Assembly: GCA_963665325.3 (NCBI GenBank)
Contig: OZ224045.1
Coordinates: 672,001-736,000, forward strand
Length of the DNA stretch: 64,000 nucleotides
Origin: Alphaproteobacteria bacterium
Lineage (GTDB): Bacteria; Pseudomonadota; Alphaproteobacteria; Bin95
Direction: 5' to 3'
Part shown: one piece after another, positions 1-9,112 of the stretch
How the letters are laid out: every line of letters begins with the position of its first letter
Numbering within the stretch: the stretch's first letter is position 1
Notes under the pieces: model-generated
Told to the model about the DNA's origin: nothing
The model's input: only the letters and a program-made list of their open reading frames with translations
Databases searched by the model: none
Position numbers and translations under genes: made by a program

Positions 1-437
1 AGGCGCGGCTGCTCAAGGTGCTACGCCAGAACTATCCCAATGTAACCGGCGTGGCGATGCCCAAGTCCGGCACCTGCCGGATGCATGTCTATATCGCCAT
101 GAAGGAGCCGGCGCCCGGCCAGGCGAAGAATGCCGCCGCGACCGCGCTCGGCGAGGACCTCAGCCTCAAACTGGCGGTTGTGGTGGACGACGATGTCGAT
201 ATCGCCAGCGACCGCGATGTCATGTGGGCGCTCTGCACCCGAATGCAGGCAGACGCTGACGTGGATATCCTGAAGAACTGCATGGGCGCCATCCTCGACC
301 CGTCGAACCATGACGGGCTGACGGCCAAGATGATCGTGGACGCAACCAAGCCCGCCGGAGACTTCCCGCCGCGGCATACAATCCCGGAGGCAGCTGCTGC
401 CAGGGCGAGGGAACTGGTCGCGAAATACTCGACCTGA
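1..437 (+). CDS. UbiD-family (prFMN-dependent) decarboxylase, C-terminal part; 5' end outside window
   Basis: C-terminal UbiD motifs VVVDDDVDI, DVMWAL.TR.Q...D, LDPS, KMIVDATKP. Confidence 0.85.
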   Translation, partial: ARLLKVLRQNYPNVTGVAMPKSGTCRMHVYIAMKEPAPGQAKNAAATALGEDLSLKLAVVVDDDVDIASDRDVMWALCTRMQADADVDILKNCMGAILDPSNHDGLTAKMIVDATKPAGDFPPRHTIPEAAAARARELVAKYST

Positions 438-679
438 CTGCACGCTGCCCTTCGGTCCTTGCGCTGTCCGTAGTTTCGATGACAGCGGTTTTTTGACTCG
501 CATGGCGCATGCCACCTATGGTGGCCGGGCACGTTGGCTGCGGCGCGCCTGTCACCGGGCGTACGCCTTCTAATCGGAAGCGCAGGCCTGCCGGCCGCGA
601 GCAGGCGAAATGCCGGGGCGCGTCAATAGCGATGCCAGTGCAGCGACCTGGACGAACGCCGGAAAAAAGGGAGAACGCC

Positions 680-1816
680 ATGATCCGAACATACCTTCCA
701 CGTACCGCCGTCCTGGCGGGGGCCATCGCCTTTGCGGCCGCTACGGTGCTGCTGACCGCACTACCGTCGCCCGCCAAGGCGGAATTGGAGAAAGTCATCA
801 TCCGGGTTTCGGTGGACCTGCCGCCGCCGCCGCATCCCACGGCGATCGCCATGGAGTGGTTTAAGGAACAGGTGGAATCGCAGTTCCCCGAGGGCAGCGA
901 GGTGCGGAACTTCTACGCCGGCGCCCTGTACAAGGACCCCGACGCCATGACCGCCATGACCCAGGGCAATCTGGAGATGGGCTGGCTGGTCTCCGGCAAG
1001 ACGGCTGCGACGGACATCTGGATGAGCATTATCGGCCAGCCCGGCGTGCTCACCACGGTCGCAGCCATCCACGACCTGCCGAACCAGGCCACCGGCAAGA
1101 TGCTGCTGAACCGCCTGCGCGAGAAGCACTTTATCGAGCCGTTCGGTTTCGTGGACCTCAGCTTCGCACTCGCCATTGCGGGCAAGGAGCGGCTGCTTGC
1201 GATGGACTCGTTCGAGGGCAAGAAGATCCGGACCTTCGCCGCTGCGGTGAACCCGGTGGTGTCGTCCTGGGGCGCCTCCCCGGTGGTCATGTCGTTCGGC
1301 GACGTGCCGAGCGCGCTCGAGTCCGGCGTGCTTGACGGCGTCATCACCTCCATCGGCGGGTGGCGTTCAATTACCGAGCAGACGCCGTACTACACCATCG
1401 CCGGCATCTCGACTGTGACCTTCGACAACTACTGGGTCGGCGCCAGCCAAGCTTGGTTCAACAAACTCAACGACGAGACCCAGGCAAAGATCCGCAGTCT
1501 GGTCGAGCAGGCCGTCACGTACCAGAACGAGCTCAACTGGTGCAACGACCAGTTCGCCATACGCCAGTACAAGGCCGAAAACCCCTCGGATGTCGGCATC
1601 TACTCCGCCACCCCCGAAGAGGCGAAGCCCCTGCAGGAAGCCATCGGCAACAATGTCGCCGACTACCTCAAGGAGCGGCTGCCGGCGGAAGCGCATGAGT
1701 GGGTAGACAGGTTCCTCAAGGAGGGGCGGGAAGCGTCTGCGCGTCTCGGCCCGGGCACCGACCCGGTCGAGAATATCGACTGCGCCCAGCATGAGCCGGT
1801 GCTCAAGAAGGGCTAG
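680..1816 (+). CDS. dctP: TRAP transporter substrate-binding protein
   Basis: Signal peptide after GGAGA RBS (ATG 680); motifs GKKIR and MSFGDVPSALESGVLDG; upstream of dctQ/dctM. Confidence 0.85.
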   Translation: MIRTYLPRTAVLAGAIAFAAATVLLTALPSPAKAELEKVIIRVSVDLPPPPHPTAIAMEWFKEQVESQFPEGSEVRNFYAGALYKDPDAMTAMTQGNLEMGWLVSGKTAATDIWMSIIGQPGVLTTVAAIHDLPNQATGKMLLNRLREKHFIEPFGFVDLSFALAIAGKERLLAMDSFEGKKIRTFAAAVNPVVSSWGASPVVMSFGDVPSALESGVLDGVITSIGGWRSITEQTPYYTIAGISTVTFDNYWVGASQAWFNKLNDETQAKIRSLVEQAVTYQNELNWCNDQFAIRQYKAENPSDVGIYSATPEEAKPLQEAIGNNVADYLKERLPAEAHEWVDRFLKEGREASARLGPGTDPVENIDCAQHEPVLKKG

Positions 1817-1840
1817 CCGGGACGTGCCTGCCGTGGAGAA

Positions 1841-1865
1841 CGGGGAGGCCCGGCGGGCCTCCCCG
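1841..1865 (+). terminator. GC-rich intercistronic stem-loop after dctP (mRNA stabiliser or partial terminator)
   Basis: CGGGGAGGCCC-GGC-GGGCCTCCCCG perfect 11-bp stem, no U tract. Confidence 0.6.
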
Positions 1866-1876
1866 GCCCTGCCCGC

Positions 1877-2440
1877 GTGAACCGCCTCTACTATGCCTGG
1901 CGCACGTTCCAGGAAAGGTTCGTGCAGTATGTCGCGGCGGCGCTGCTGCTAGCGCTGACGCTGTTGGCCGGGCTGGAGGTCATTCGCCGCTATATCTTCG
2001 GCGTTTCCTTCGAGTGGCAGCAGGACGCGGTTACCTTCGGCATTCTCGCCGGCGTGTACCTGTTCTTCGCGATCACGCAGAGCCGCGGAGCGCACCTGCG
2101 GGTGACGATCCTGCTGATATTGCTGCGCGAGAAGGGCGGGCGGTGGGGCCGCGTCCTCGCGGGTCTATTCGAGATCTTCGGTGCAACTGTCGGGCTCGCG
2201 TTCTGTGCATGGCTGGTGTGGTGGGGCCTCGAAGTGGCGGACCTCATGATTCTCCAGGAACGCAAGACCGAGAGCCTGGCATTCCTGCTGTGGCATTTCT
2301 TCGTCGTGTTCCTCCTCGGCATGGCATTTCTCGCGGTGAGCTACGCGTTCCAGCTTTACCACCACATTTGCACGATGGTGGGCGGAGCCGGACTTGTGGA
2401 GCGGTACGAGTCTCACACCGATGAAGGTTCGCTGCTCTAG
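1877..2440 (+). CDS. dctQ: TRAP transporter small permease
   Basis: About 4 TM segments, EVIRRYIF and HLRVTIL motifs, position between dctP and dctM. Confidence 0.85.
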   Translation: MNRLYYAWRTFQERFVQYVAAALLLALTLLAGLEVIRRYIFGVSFEWQQDAVTFGILAGVYLFFAITQSRGAHLRVTILLILLREKGGRWGRVLAGLFEIFGATVGLAFCAWLVWWGLEVADLMILQERKTESLAFLLWHFFVVFLLGMAFLAVSYAFQLYHHICTMVGGAGLVERYESHTDEGSLL

Positions 2441-2533
2441 ATGACCAACCTCGAGACTCGCGGGTCCACGGACTCGGCATGATCCACATGCGCGAGCTGC
2501 AAGGGATCGGAGGCCCTCAAGGAGCCCTGCAGG

Positions 2534-3823
2534 ATGGGTAGTCTGCTCGCCGGCGTCCTGGCCTTTCTCGGCTCGGGAGTCACCATCGGCATCGCGCTCG
2601 GCGCGGCCAGCGCGATCTACATCCTTTTCGATCCGCTGCTGGATGCGCGGGCGCTTTCCTCGGCCTTCTTCTCGTTCCTGGGCCACTACAGCCTGATGGC
2701 GGTTCCGCTGTTCATCTTCGCCGGCTTCCTCATGGAACGCACCGGCATGGTGCGACAGCTGTTCCAATTCGCCGAGGCCCTGGTGAGCTGGGTCATCGGC
2801 GGGTTCGGGTTAGCGACGGTCACCACCTGCGTGCTGTTCAGCGCCATCTCGGGCTCGAGCGTCGCCGTCGCTTCGGCCATGAGCCTCATCACGATCCCGG
2901 AGATGCGCAAACGCAATTACCCGGACTGGCTGTCGGCCGGCATCGTGGCCTCGGGCGGGGGCATCGGCCTGCTCATACCGCCGAGCCTCTCGCTCATCAT
3001 CTACGGCATCGCGACGGAAACCTCGATCGTGCGCCTGTTCATGGCCGGCATCATTCCAGGCCTGATGCTGGCGGGCGGCATGTTCATACTCATCATACTC
3101 GCCGCCTGGCGGACCAAGACACTGAGCCGCGGCCACTTTGCCTGGGGGCCGTTGGGGCGTGCGACCGTAGGGGCTCTGCCCGGGCTTGCCATGCCGGTGC
3201 TCGTGCTGGGCGGTCTTTACGGTGGGCTGTTCACACCGACCGAGGCGGCCGCGGCCGCATGCGGCTACGCCATGCTCTACGGCCTTATCTCAGGCCGCGG
3301 CGAGTTCCTGCGCAACCTGCTGCCGACGGCCGCGCGGGCCATGAACCTCAGCGCCGTGGTGTTCTTCCTGGTTGGAAGCGTCGGGATCTTCCAATTCGTC
3401 GCCGCCAACCAGGCATGGCCCCAGCAGTTGGCTCAGCTGGTCATCGAGATGCAGCTGGAGCCGCTGCCGTTCCTGTTCGGCTACATGGCGCTCCTGTTGA
3501 TGCTCGGCACCTTCCTGGACGGCATCGCCATGATCCTGCTCACCGTGCCGGTCGTCTTTCCGGTGGCCACGGCGCTCGGCATCGACCCGATCCATCTGGG
3601 CATAGTGGTCACCATGGGCGTGGAGTTGAGCGTCATCACCCCGCCGGTGGGTTTCAACCTTTACGCCGTCAGCGGCATTGCCCAGATACCCATCCAGACC
3701 GTGCTGCGCGGGGCGATGATCTTCTTTGTATCCGACTTCATCGTGACCCTCATCATCATCCTAGTGCCCGAACTGTCCACCTGGCTACCCGCCGTACTCG
3801 GCGGGGCCTCGCCCTTCGCTTAG
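2534..3823 (+). CDS. dctM: TRAP transporter large permease
   Basis: Motifs AVPLFIFAG, SAISGSSVA, GLLIPPS, FTPTEAAA, ITPPVGFNL. Confidence 0.93.
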   Translation: MGSLLAGVLAFLGSGVTIGIALGAASAIYILFDPLLDARALSSAFFSFLGHYSLMAVPLFIFAGFLMERTGMVRQLFQFAEALVSWVIGGFGLATVTTCVLFSAISGSSVAVASAMSLITIPEMRKRNYPDWLSAGIVASGGGIGLLIPPSLSLIIYGIATETSIVRLFMAGIIPGLMLAGGMFILIILAAWRTKTLSRGHFAWGPLGRATVGALPGLAMPVLVLGGLYGGLFTPTEAAAAACGYAMLYGLISGRGEFLRNLLPTAARAMNLSAVVFFLVGSVGIFQFVAANQAWPQQLAQLVIEMQLEPLPFLFGYMALLLMLGTFLDGIAMILLTVPVVFPVATALGIDPIHLGIVVTMGVELSVITPPVGFNLYAVSGIAQIPIQTVLRGAMIFFVSDFIVTLIIILVPELSTWLPAVLGGASPFA

Positions 3824-3925
3824 CTGACCAATTCCGTTCAGGACCAACGTTGCGTTACCCTGCAGTGACCTCTGGAAGCACTTGCAAAATTCTGCCGGAT
3901 GTACGATATGTTTCAGCCGATGCGT

Positions 3926-3999
3926 TGGGCGATAGTTTAGCGGCAGAACGCTGGGTTCTGGCCCCAGTAGCCCTGGTTCGAATCCAGGTCGCCCAGCCA
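3926..3999 (+). tRNA. tRNA-Gln (anticodon CTG)
   Basis: TGGGCGA/TCGCCCA acceptor stem, CTGGG-TTCTGGC-CCCAG anticodon arm, GGTTCGAATCC T arm, encoded CCA. Confidence 0.95.
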
Positions 4000-4039
4000 C
4001 ATTTCCCAGCCTCGCTACAATCCTTCCGGTGTGCCGCCA

Positions 4040-5785
4040 ATGTCCGATTACGCCGCGCCCCTCCGCGACATTCGCTTCGCCATGACCGAGATCGCCGAAC
4101 TGGACGGGGTAGTCGCCCTGCCCGGTATGGAGGAGATTTCGGTCGATCTCGTCGACGCCGTGCTGACCGAGGCGGGGCGGTTTGCGGACGAGGCGGTGGC
4201 GCCCCTCAACCGCGTCGGCGACATGCAGGGAGCTGTGCTGGAAAACGGCGTCGTGCGCACGGCGGACGGGTTCCGGGAAACCTACCGGCAGTTCTGCGAG
4301 GGCGGCTGGAACGGCGCGCCCTTCGACCCTGAATATGGCGGGCAGGGCCTTCCGTGGCTCGTGTCCACGGCGCTCACGGAGATGTGGCAATCGGCCTGCC
4401 TGTCCTTCTCGCTGGCGCCGCTGCTTACCCAGGGCGCAGTGGACCTGCTCGCGAATCACGGTTCGGATGAGCAGAAGGACGTCTTTCTGGAGAAGATGAT
4501 TTCCGGCGAATGGGCCGGCACGATGAACCTGACAGAGCCCCAAGCCGGCTCCGATGTGGGCGCGCTCGCCACCCGCGCCGTACCGACGGGGGACGGCGCC
4601 TATCGCATCAGCGGCCAGAAGATATTCATCAGCTACGGCGACCAGGATTTCACCGACAATATCGTCCACATGGTCCTTGCGCGCACACCGGATGCGCCGA
4701 AAGGTATTCGCGGCGTTTCGCTGTTCATCGTACCCAAAGTGATGGTGAACGAGGACGGCAGCCTCAGCGCGCGTAACGACCTGCGACCCGTCGGACTGGA
4801 GCACAAGCTCGGCATCCACGGCAGTCCGACCTGCGTGATGGCCTATGGCGAAGGGGACGGCGCACTCGGTACGCTCGTCGGCGAAGAGAATTGCGGCATC
4901 CAGTACATGTTCACAATGATGAACAATGCCCGGCTCGGCGTCGGATTGCAGGGTGTCGCGGTCGCCGAACGGGCCTATCAACAGGCCCGTGCATTCGCAA
5001 TGGAGCGCGTCCAGGGCAGGGATGAGTTCAGCGGCGAACGGGGACCGGTCCCGATCCTGCATCATCCGGACGTGCGGCGGATGCTGATGACCATGAAGGC
5101 CCAGATCGAGGCCATGCGTGCGCTTTGCTACTGGATCGCAGCCGCCCTCGACCGGGCCCAACGTGCGGGCGACGCGGAAGCCCAGGCACGCGTCGATCTG
5201 ATGATTCCCGTCGTCAAGGCATGGTGCAGCGACCTCGGCGTCGAAATCGCCTCGCTCGGCGTCCAGGTGCATGGCGGCATGGGCTTCATCGAAGAAACCG
5301 GCGCAGCCCAGCATATGCGCGACAGCCGTATCGCGCCGATCTATGAGGGCACCAACGGCATCCAGGCCATGGACCTCGTCGCGCGCAAGCTCGTCCGCGA
5401 CGGTGGCGAAGCGCTCCGGGCCCAGCTCGCCCTGATGCGGACGGATGCGCCCGACCGGACGCTGGCCGCAGCCATCGACGCCGTGGAGCGCGCGGCGGCG
5501 CTCATTCTCGGCCGCTTCGGCAAGGAGTTCGGCGCGGCCGCGGCTGCGGCCGTTCCGTTCTGCAACCTTCTCGGTCTTGCAACCGGCGGCTGGCTGCTCG
5601 CCAAGGGCGCGGCGGCAGCCGAGCGCCTCCTGGCGGACGGCACTGAGGACACAGAGTTCCTGGAAGCGAAACGACTGACCGCGCGTTTCTATGCCGAAAC
5701 GCTGCTGCCGCAATATGCCGGGCACCTCGCCGCTGTTGAGGCCGCTGGCGGGGCGGAGCTGGAGATGGCAGCCGAACAGTTCTGA
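4040..5785 (+). CDS. Acyl-CoA dehydrogenase (long, DmdC-like family)
   Basis: Motifs GTMNLTEPQAGSD, GQKIFIS, EHKLGIHGSPTC, QVHGGMGFIEE, IYEGTNGIQ. Confidence 0.92.
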   Translation: MSDYAAPLRDIRFAMTEIAELDGVVALPGMEEISVDLVDAVLTEAGRFADEAVAPLNRVGDMQGAVLENGVVRTADGFRETYRQFCEGGWNGAPFDPEYGGQGLPWLVSTALTEMWQSACLSFSLAPLLTQGAVDLLANHGSDEQKDVFLEKMISGEWAGTMNLTEPQAGSDVGALATRAVPTGDGAYRISGQKIFISYGDQDFTDNIVHMVLARTPDAPKGIRGVSLFIVPKVMVNEDGSLSARNDLRPVGLEHKLGIHGSPTCVMAYGEGDGALGTLVGEENCGIQYMFTMMNNARLGVGLQGVAVAERAYQQARAFAMERVQGRDEFSGERGPVPILHHPDVRRMLMTMKAQIEAMRALCYWIAAALDRAQRAGDAEAQARVDLMIPVVKAWCSDLGVEIASLGVQVHGGMGFIEETGAAQHMRDSRIAPIYEGTNGIQAMDLVARKLVRDGGEALRAQLALMRTDAPDRTLAAAIDAVERAAALILGRFGKEFGAAAAAAVPFCNLLGLATGGWLLAKGAAAAERLLADGTEDTEFLEAKRLTARFYAETLLPQYAGHLAAVEAAGGAELEMAAEQF

Positions 5786-5801
5786 CGGCGGAGGACAGCG
5801 C

Positions 5802-6512
5802 ATGACTTTTACCGCAATCGGCGCCTGCACCGACACGGGCCGGCTCGGCATCGGCATCACGACCTATTCGCTCGGCGTCGGCGGCTACTGCCCGTTTTTC
5901 GAGCGCGGCGTCGCGGCGCTCTCGACCCAGGCTTTCGCCAACCCTGCGCTCGGTCCGCTCGCTACCGCCGCGCTCAGGGAGGCGCCGGACCCGGATCGGG
6001 CATTGCGGTTGCTGGCGGAGCAAGACCCGGGTTTCGACTGGCGACAGGTCGTGATCGCGGCGGCAGATGGCCGTATCGCGGCGCATACCGGTCCTCATAC
6101 GCGGCCCTGGTCCGGCCACATTACCGGCGAGGGTTTCGCGGTCTTCGGCAATGTGCTGGCCGGCGAAGCAACGGTCCAGGCGATGGCTGCAGCATGGCGC
6201 GAGCGGGCCGGAGACGACCTGTCGGAGCGGCTGCTCAAGGCAATCGAGGCGGGGCGGGATGCAGGCGGCCAGGCGTCGCCGGACGGCACGCACCTGCCGG
6301 AACGCTCGGGAGCGCTGATCGTGCGTGGCGCGGATATCGTGGAGGACATAGACCTCAGGGTCGATCTCCATGACGACGCTGTCGGCGAACTTCGCCGCCT
6401 CTGGGAGGCTTACCGGAAATACCTGCCCTATTACGCGCTCCGCGCCCGCTCGCCCGCCGAGACGCCGCCGCAGGATGTCTGGGCGCGACAGAACGATCCC
6501 GGCAACGCATGA
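5802..6512 (+). CDS. DUF1028-family (Ntn-hydrolase-like) protein
   Basis: N-terminal MTFT, STQAFANP, RQV, AHTG, GNVL, DLRVD motifs. Confidence 0.8.
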   Translation: MTFTAIGACTDTGRLGIGITTYSLGVGGYCPFFERGVAALSTQAFANPALGPLATAALREAPDPDRALRLLAEQDPGFDWRQVVIAAADGRIAAHTGPHTRPWSGHITGEGFAVFGNVLAGEATVQAMAAAWRERAGDDLSERLLKAIEAGRDAGGQASPDGTHLPERSGALIVRGADIVEDIDLRVDLHDDAVGELRRLWEAYRKYLPYYALRARSPAETPPQDVWARQNDPGNA

Positions 6513-7645
6513 CCGGGAACGATCTTTCGCTCGACACGCTGCTCGCCCAGGGAGGACGATTCCTCGACCGGGAGACCGGCGCCGTGGTGCCGCCGATCCA
6601 TTCCGCCACGACCTATGCGCGGGACAACCGCTACGAGACAACCGGCTACACCTACAGCCGCGACGCCAACCCGACCGTCGCGCATGTGGAGGAGGTGCTG
6701 GCGGAGCTCGAAGGCGCGGAGGACGCGCTCGTCTTCTCGTCGGGAATGGCGGCGGTCTCGACCTTCTTCGACAGCCTCGGCGCGGGCGACCATGTGGTGG
6801 CGCCGCGGGTGATGTATCACGGCGCGGCGGACCTGCTACGCCGCCTGGCCGACCGGCGGGGGGTCGAAGTCAGCTTTTTCGATGCGTCGGAGCCCGGCGC
6901 GCTGGAAGCGGCAGTGCAGCCCGGCCGGACATCGGTCGTCTGGGTAGAGACATGCGTGAATCCGACCTGGGACGTGATCGACGTGCGCGCCGCTGCCGAG
7001 ATCGCGCGTGGCGCAGGAGCGGTCCTCGGCGTGGACGCTACCGCGACGCCGCCTGTGGCGCTCCGGGCGCTCGAACTCGGCGCCGACATCGTCTTTCACT
7101 CCGCCACCAAATATCTCGGCGGGCACAGCGACCTGCTGGCGGGCGTGCTCGCAACCCGGCGCGCCGACGAGCGCTGGACAGAGATAAAGTCGGCCCGCAC
7201 GCGGGCGGGCGGGGTGCTGGGGGCGTTCGAAGCATGGCTTCTGCTGCGCGGTATGCGCACCCTGCACGTGCGCTACGAGCGCCAGGCGGCGAACGCGCTG
7301 GCGATCGCGCAGCATTTCGAAGGCCATAAAGGGATCGAGGCGGTGCTGTATCCCGGCCTGGAGTCCCACGCCGGACACGAGATCGCGAAGCGGCAGATAG
7401 CGGGCAGCTTCGGCGCCATGCTTTCGCTGCTGGTCGAAGGCGGCGCGGAAGCCGCCAAAAGGGTCGCCACGCGTACCCGGCTGTTCGTGCCGGCAACATC
7501 GCTGGGCGGCGTCGAGAGCCTGATCGAGCACCGGGCGACGGTCGAGGGGCCGCTTAGCGCCGTGCCGGCGAACCTGCTCCGCCTTTCCATCGGCATCGAA
7601 CGCGCGGACGAGCTCATCGCAGACCTGGAGCAGGCCCTCGCCTGA
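6509..7645 (+). CDS. PLP-dependent transsulfuration enzyme (cystathionine gamma-synthase/lyase family)
   Basis: YSRDANPT, FSSGMAA, HSATKYLGGHSD (PLP lysine), ATSLGGVESL, LRLSIGIE. Confidence 0.92.
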   Translation: MTGNDLSLDTLLAQGGRFLDRETGAVVPPIHSATTYARDNRYETTGYTYSRDANPTVAHVEEVLAELEGAEDALVFSSGMAAVSTFFDSLGAGDHVVAPRVMYHGAADLLRRLADRRGVEVSFFDASEPGALEAAVQPGRTSVVWVETCVNPTWDVIDVRAAAEIARGAGAVLGVDATATPPVALRALELGADIVFHSATKYLGGHSDLLAGVLATRRADERWTEIKSARTRAGGVLGAFEAWLLLRGMRTLHVRYERQAANALAIAQHFEGHKGIEAVLYPGLESHAGHEIAKRQIAGSFGAMLSLLVEGGAEAAKRVATRTRLFVPATSLGGVESLIEHRATVEGPLSAVPANLLRLSIGIERADELIADLEQALA

Positions 7646-7666
7646 CGGACGGCGGGCGGACCCGGA

Positions 7667-7939
7667 TCAGCGATAGAAGTCCACACGGAAACGGACGGGG
7701 CCCACCGTTTCGACCTTGTGCGACACCTCAGGCTCCATGATTCCCGGTCTCGCAGGCGATAACTCGATTTCCTCGACTTCCGGTTCGAGGATTCGGTAGC
7801 GAAGCCGCCCTTCAATCGCCACGATCTTCCCCCATATCCCGGCCTTGGTGCTGTGGGAGCGCAAGAGGCCGGCAGGAATCGAATTTTCGGAGAATTCGGG
7901 CGTCCCCCCGTAGCGCTCGACCTTGCCGGGCGCGCTCAG
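7667..7939 (-). CDS. DUF1971 / TehB-N-like cupin protein; start uncertain (CTG 7939 or TTG 7864)
   Basis: Frame reads TPEFSENSIPAGLLRSHSTKAGIWGKIVAIEGRLRY...HKVE...FRVDFYR, the DUF1971 pattern. Confidence 0.75.
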   Translation of the reverse strand: MSAPGKVERYGGTPEFSENSIPAGLLRSHSTKAGIWGKIVAIEGRLRYRILEPEVEEIELSPARPGIMEPEVSHKVETVGPVRFRVDFYR

Positions 7940-8041
7940 GCGTTCCAGAAGCTTGTTGCCGGGGGCGTGGCAGTCAACGAAGCACTAGGCGACCTCAGGG
8001 CTATTGGCGGACGGAGATTGACGCCGAAACTCTGAACCTAG

Positions 8042-8359
8042 CTATCTAGGTTCGATGCTGTAGCGGATGGCAAGACTATCGGGTTTCACGACATCCAAAA
8101 TCGTTGCGCTGAACGCATGACCGCGAACGAGCCCTTGGGCCGTGCCGAGGAACTGCTGACCATCCCCTTCTTTGTCATACGCACGTATCCTGATCCGGCC
8201 CTTATCGCATGTTGCGCTTCCCTCAATTTTTATCATCCCCGAAATTGCCTCATACCAGCGCCAATCCTCGACCATGCACTCGCCTACGTGGTCATCGCAT
8301 GCGGCAGCCGCACCAATCGATATGAAGGCTATTGCGATAGCCAATGGGAATGTCCGCAT
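8042..8359 (-). CDS. Small secreted hypothetical protein
   Basis: GGAGG RBS, signal peptide MRTFPLAIAIAFISIGAAAA, lower GC than flanks. Confidence 0.6.
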   Translation of the reverse strand: MRTFPLAIAIAFISIGAAAACDDHVGECMVEDWRWYEAISGMIKIEGSATCDKGRIRIRAYDKEGDGQQFLGTAQGLVRGHAFSATILDVVKPDSLAIRYSIEPR

Positions 8360-8438
8360 TATACCCCTCCTTGTTGACCCTGCGTTGACCCAACACCTGG
8401 AATGGGTCAACGAAAACTCGCTAAGTCTTTGATTTCCC

Positions 8439-8514
8439 TGGTGAGCGCGGCAGGATTCGAACCTGCGACCGCCTGATTAAAAGTCAGATGCTCTACCAAC
8501 TGAGCTACGCGCCC
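8439..8514 (-). tRNA. tRNA-Lys (anticodon TTT)
   Basis: Reverse complement GGGCGCGTAGCTCAGTTGGTAGAGCATCTGACTTTTAATCAGGCGGTCGCAGGTTCGAATCCTGCCGCGCTCACCA, 76 nt. Confidence 0.96.
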
Positions 8515-8566
8515 GACCGGGTCGGCGGCGAAACTGTGCGGCGTCGGCTGCGCTGTCAAGGGCCCG

Positions 8567-9112
8567 TCAATAGACCTTGGAAGCGGCGCCGCTCTGCACC
8601 TTGCGCCCGTCCCCGAACCGCTGTTGCAGGGCTGCGATCACGCGCGGCGTGGTGAAGGGGGAGGAGTCCCCGCCCAGCGCCGCGATCTCCTTGACGAAGC
8701 GCGAAGAAATGAACTGGTGGTGTTCCGAGGCCGAGAGGAACACGGTTTCGACGTCCGGCTCCATCGTGCGGTTAAGGTTCGCCATCTGCATCTCATATTC
8801 GAAATCGGAAACGGCCCTCAGCCCCCGGAAGATCACGCTCACCCGGTGCTCGCGCGCATAGGCGACCAGGAGGCCGTCCATCAGCCGCACCTCGATCCGG
8901 TCCGCGACGACGCGGTCGCCCAGCATGGCGATCTCTTCCTCGACCATCGACCTGCGCTCTTCGGGCGCGAACAGCGGCCCCTTGCCGGCATTGTTGAACA
9001 CGCCGACGATCAGCTGGTCCACCAGCCGCGCGCCCCGGTAGATGATATCGATATGACCGTTGGTGATCGGGTCGAACGTGCCGGGATAGAGGCCGATCTT
9101 CTCGTGGTTCAC
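8567..9112 (-). CDS. coaD: Phosphopantetheine adenylyltransferase
   Basis: [32 protein letters not shown]; downstream of gyrA. Confidence 0.97.
   Translation of the reverse strand: MNHEKIGLYPGTFDPITNGHIDIIYRGARLVDQLIVGVFNNAGKGPLFAPEERRSMVEEEIAMLGDRVVADRIEVRLMDGLLVAYAREHRVSVIFRGLRAVSDFEYEMQMANLNRTMEPDVETVFLSASEHHQFISSRFVKEIAALGGDSSPFTTPRVIAALQQRFGDGRKVQSGAASKVY

Noticed and set aside
3926-3999. tRNA-Gln as an island integration site
   Set aside because: No integrase, duplicated 3' end or compositional shift nearby
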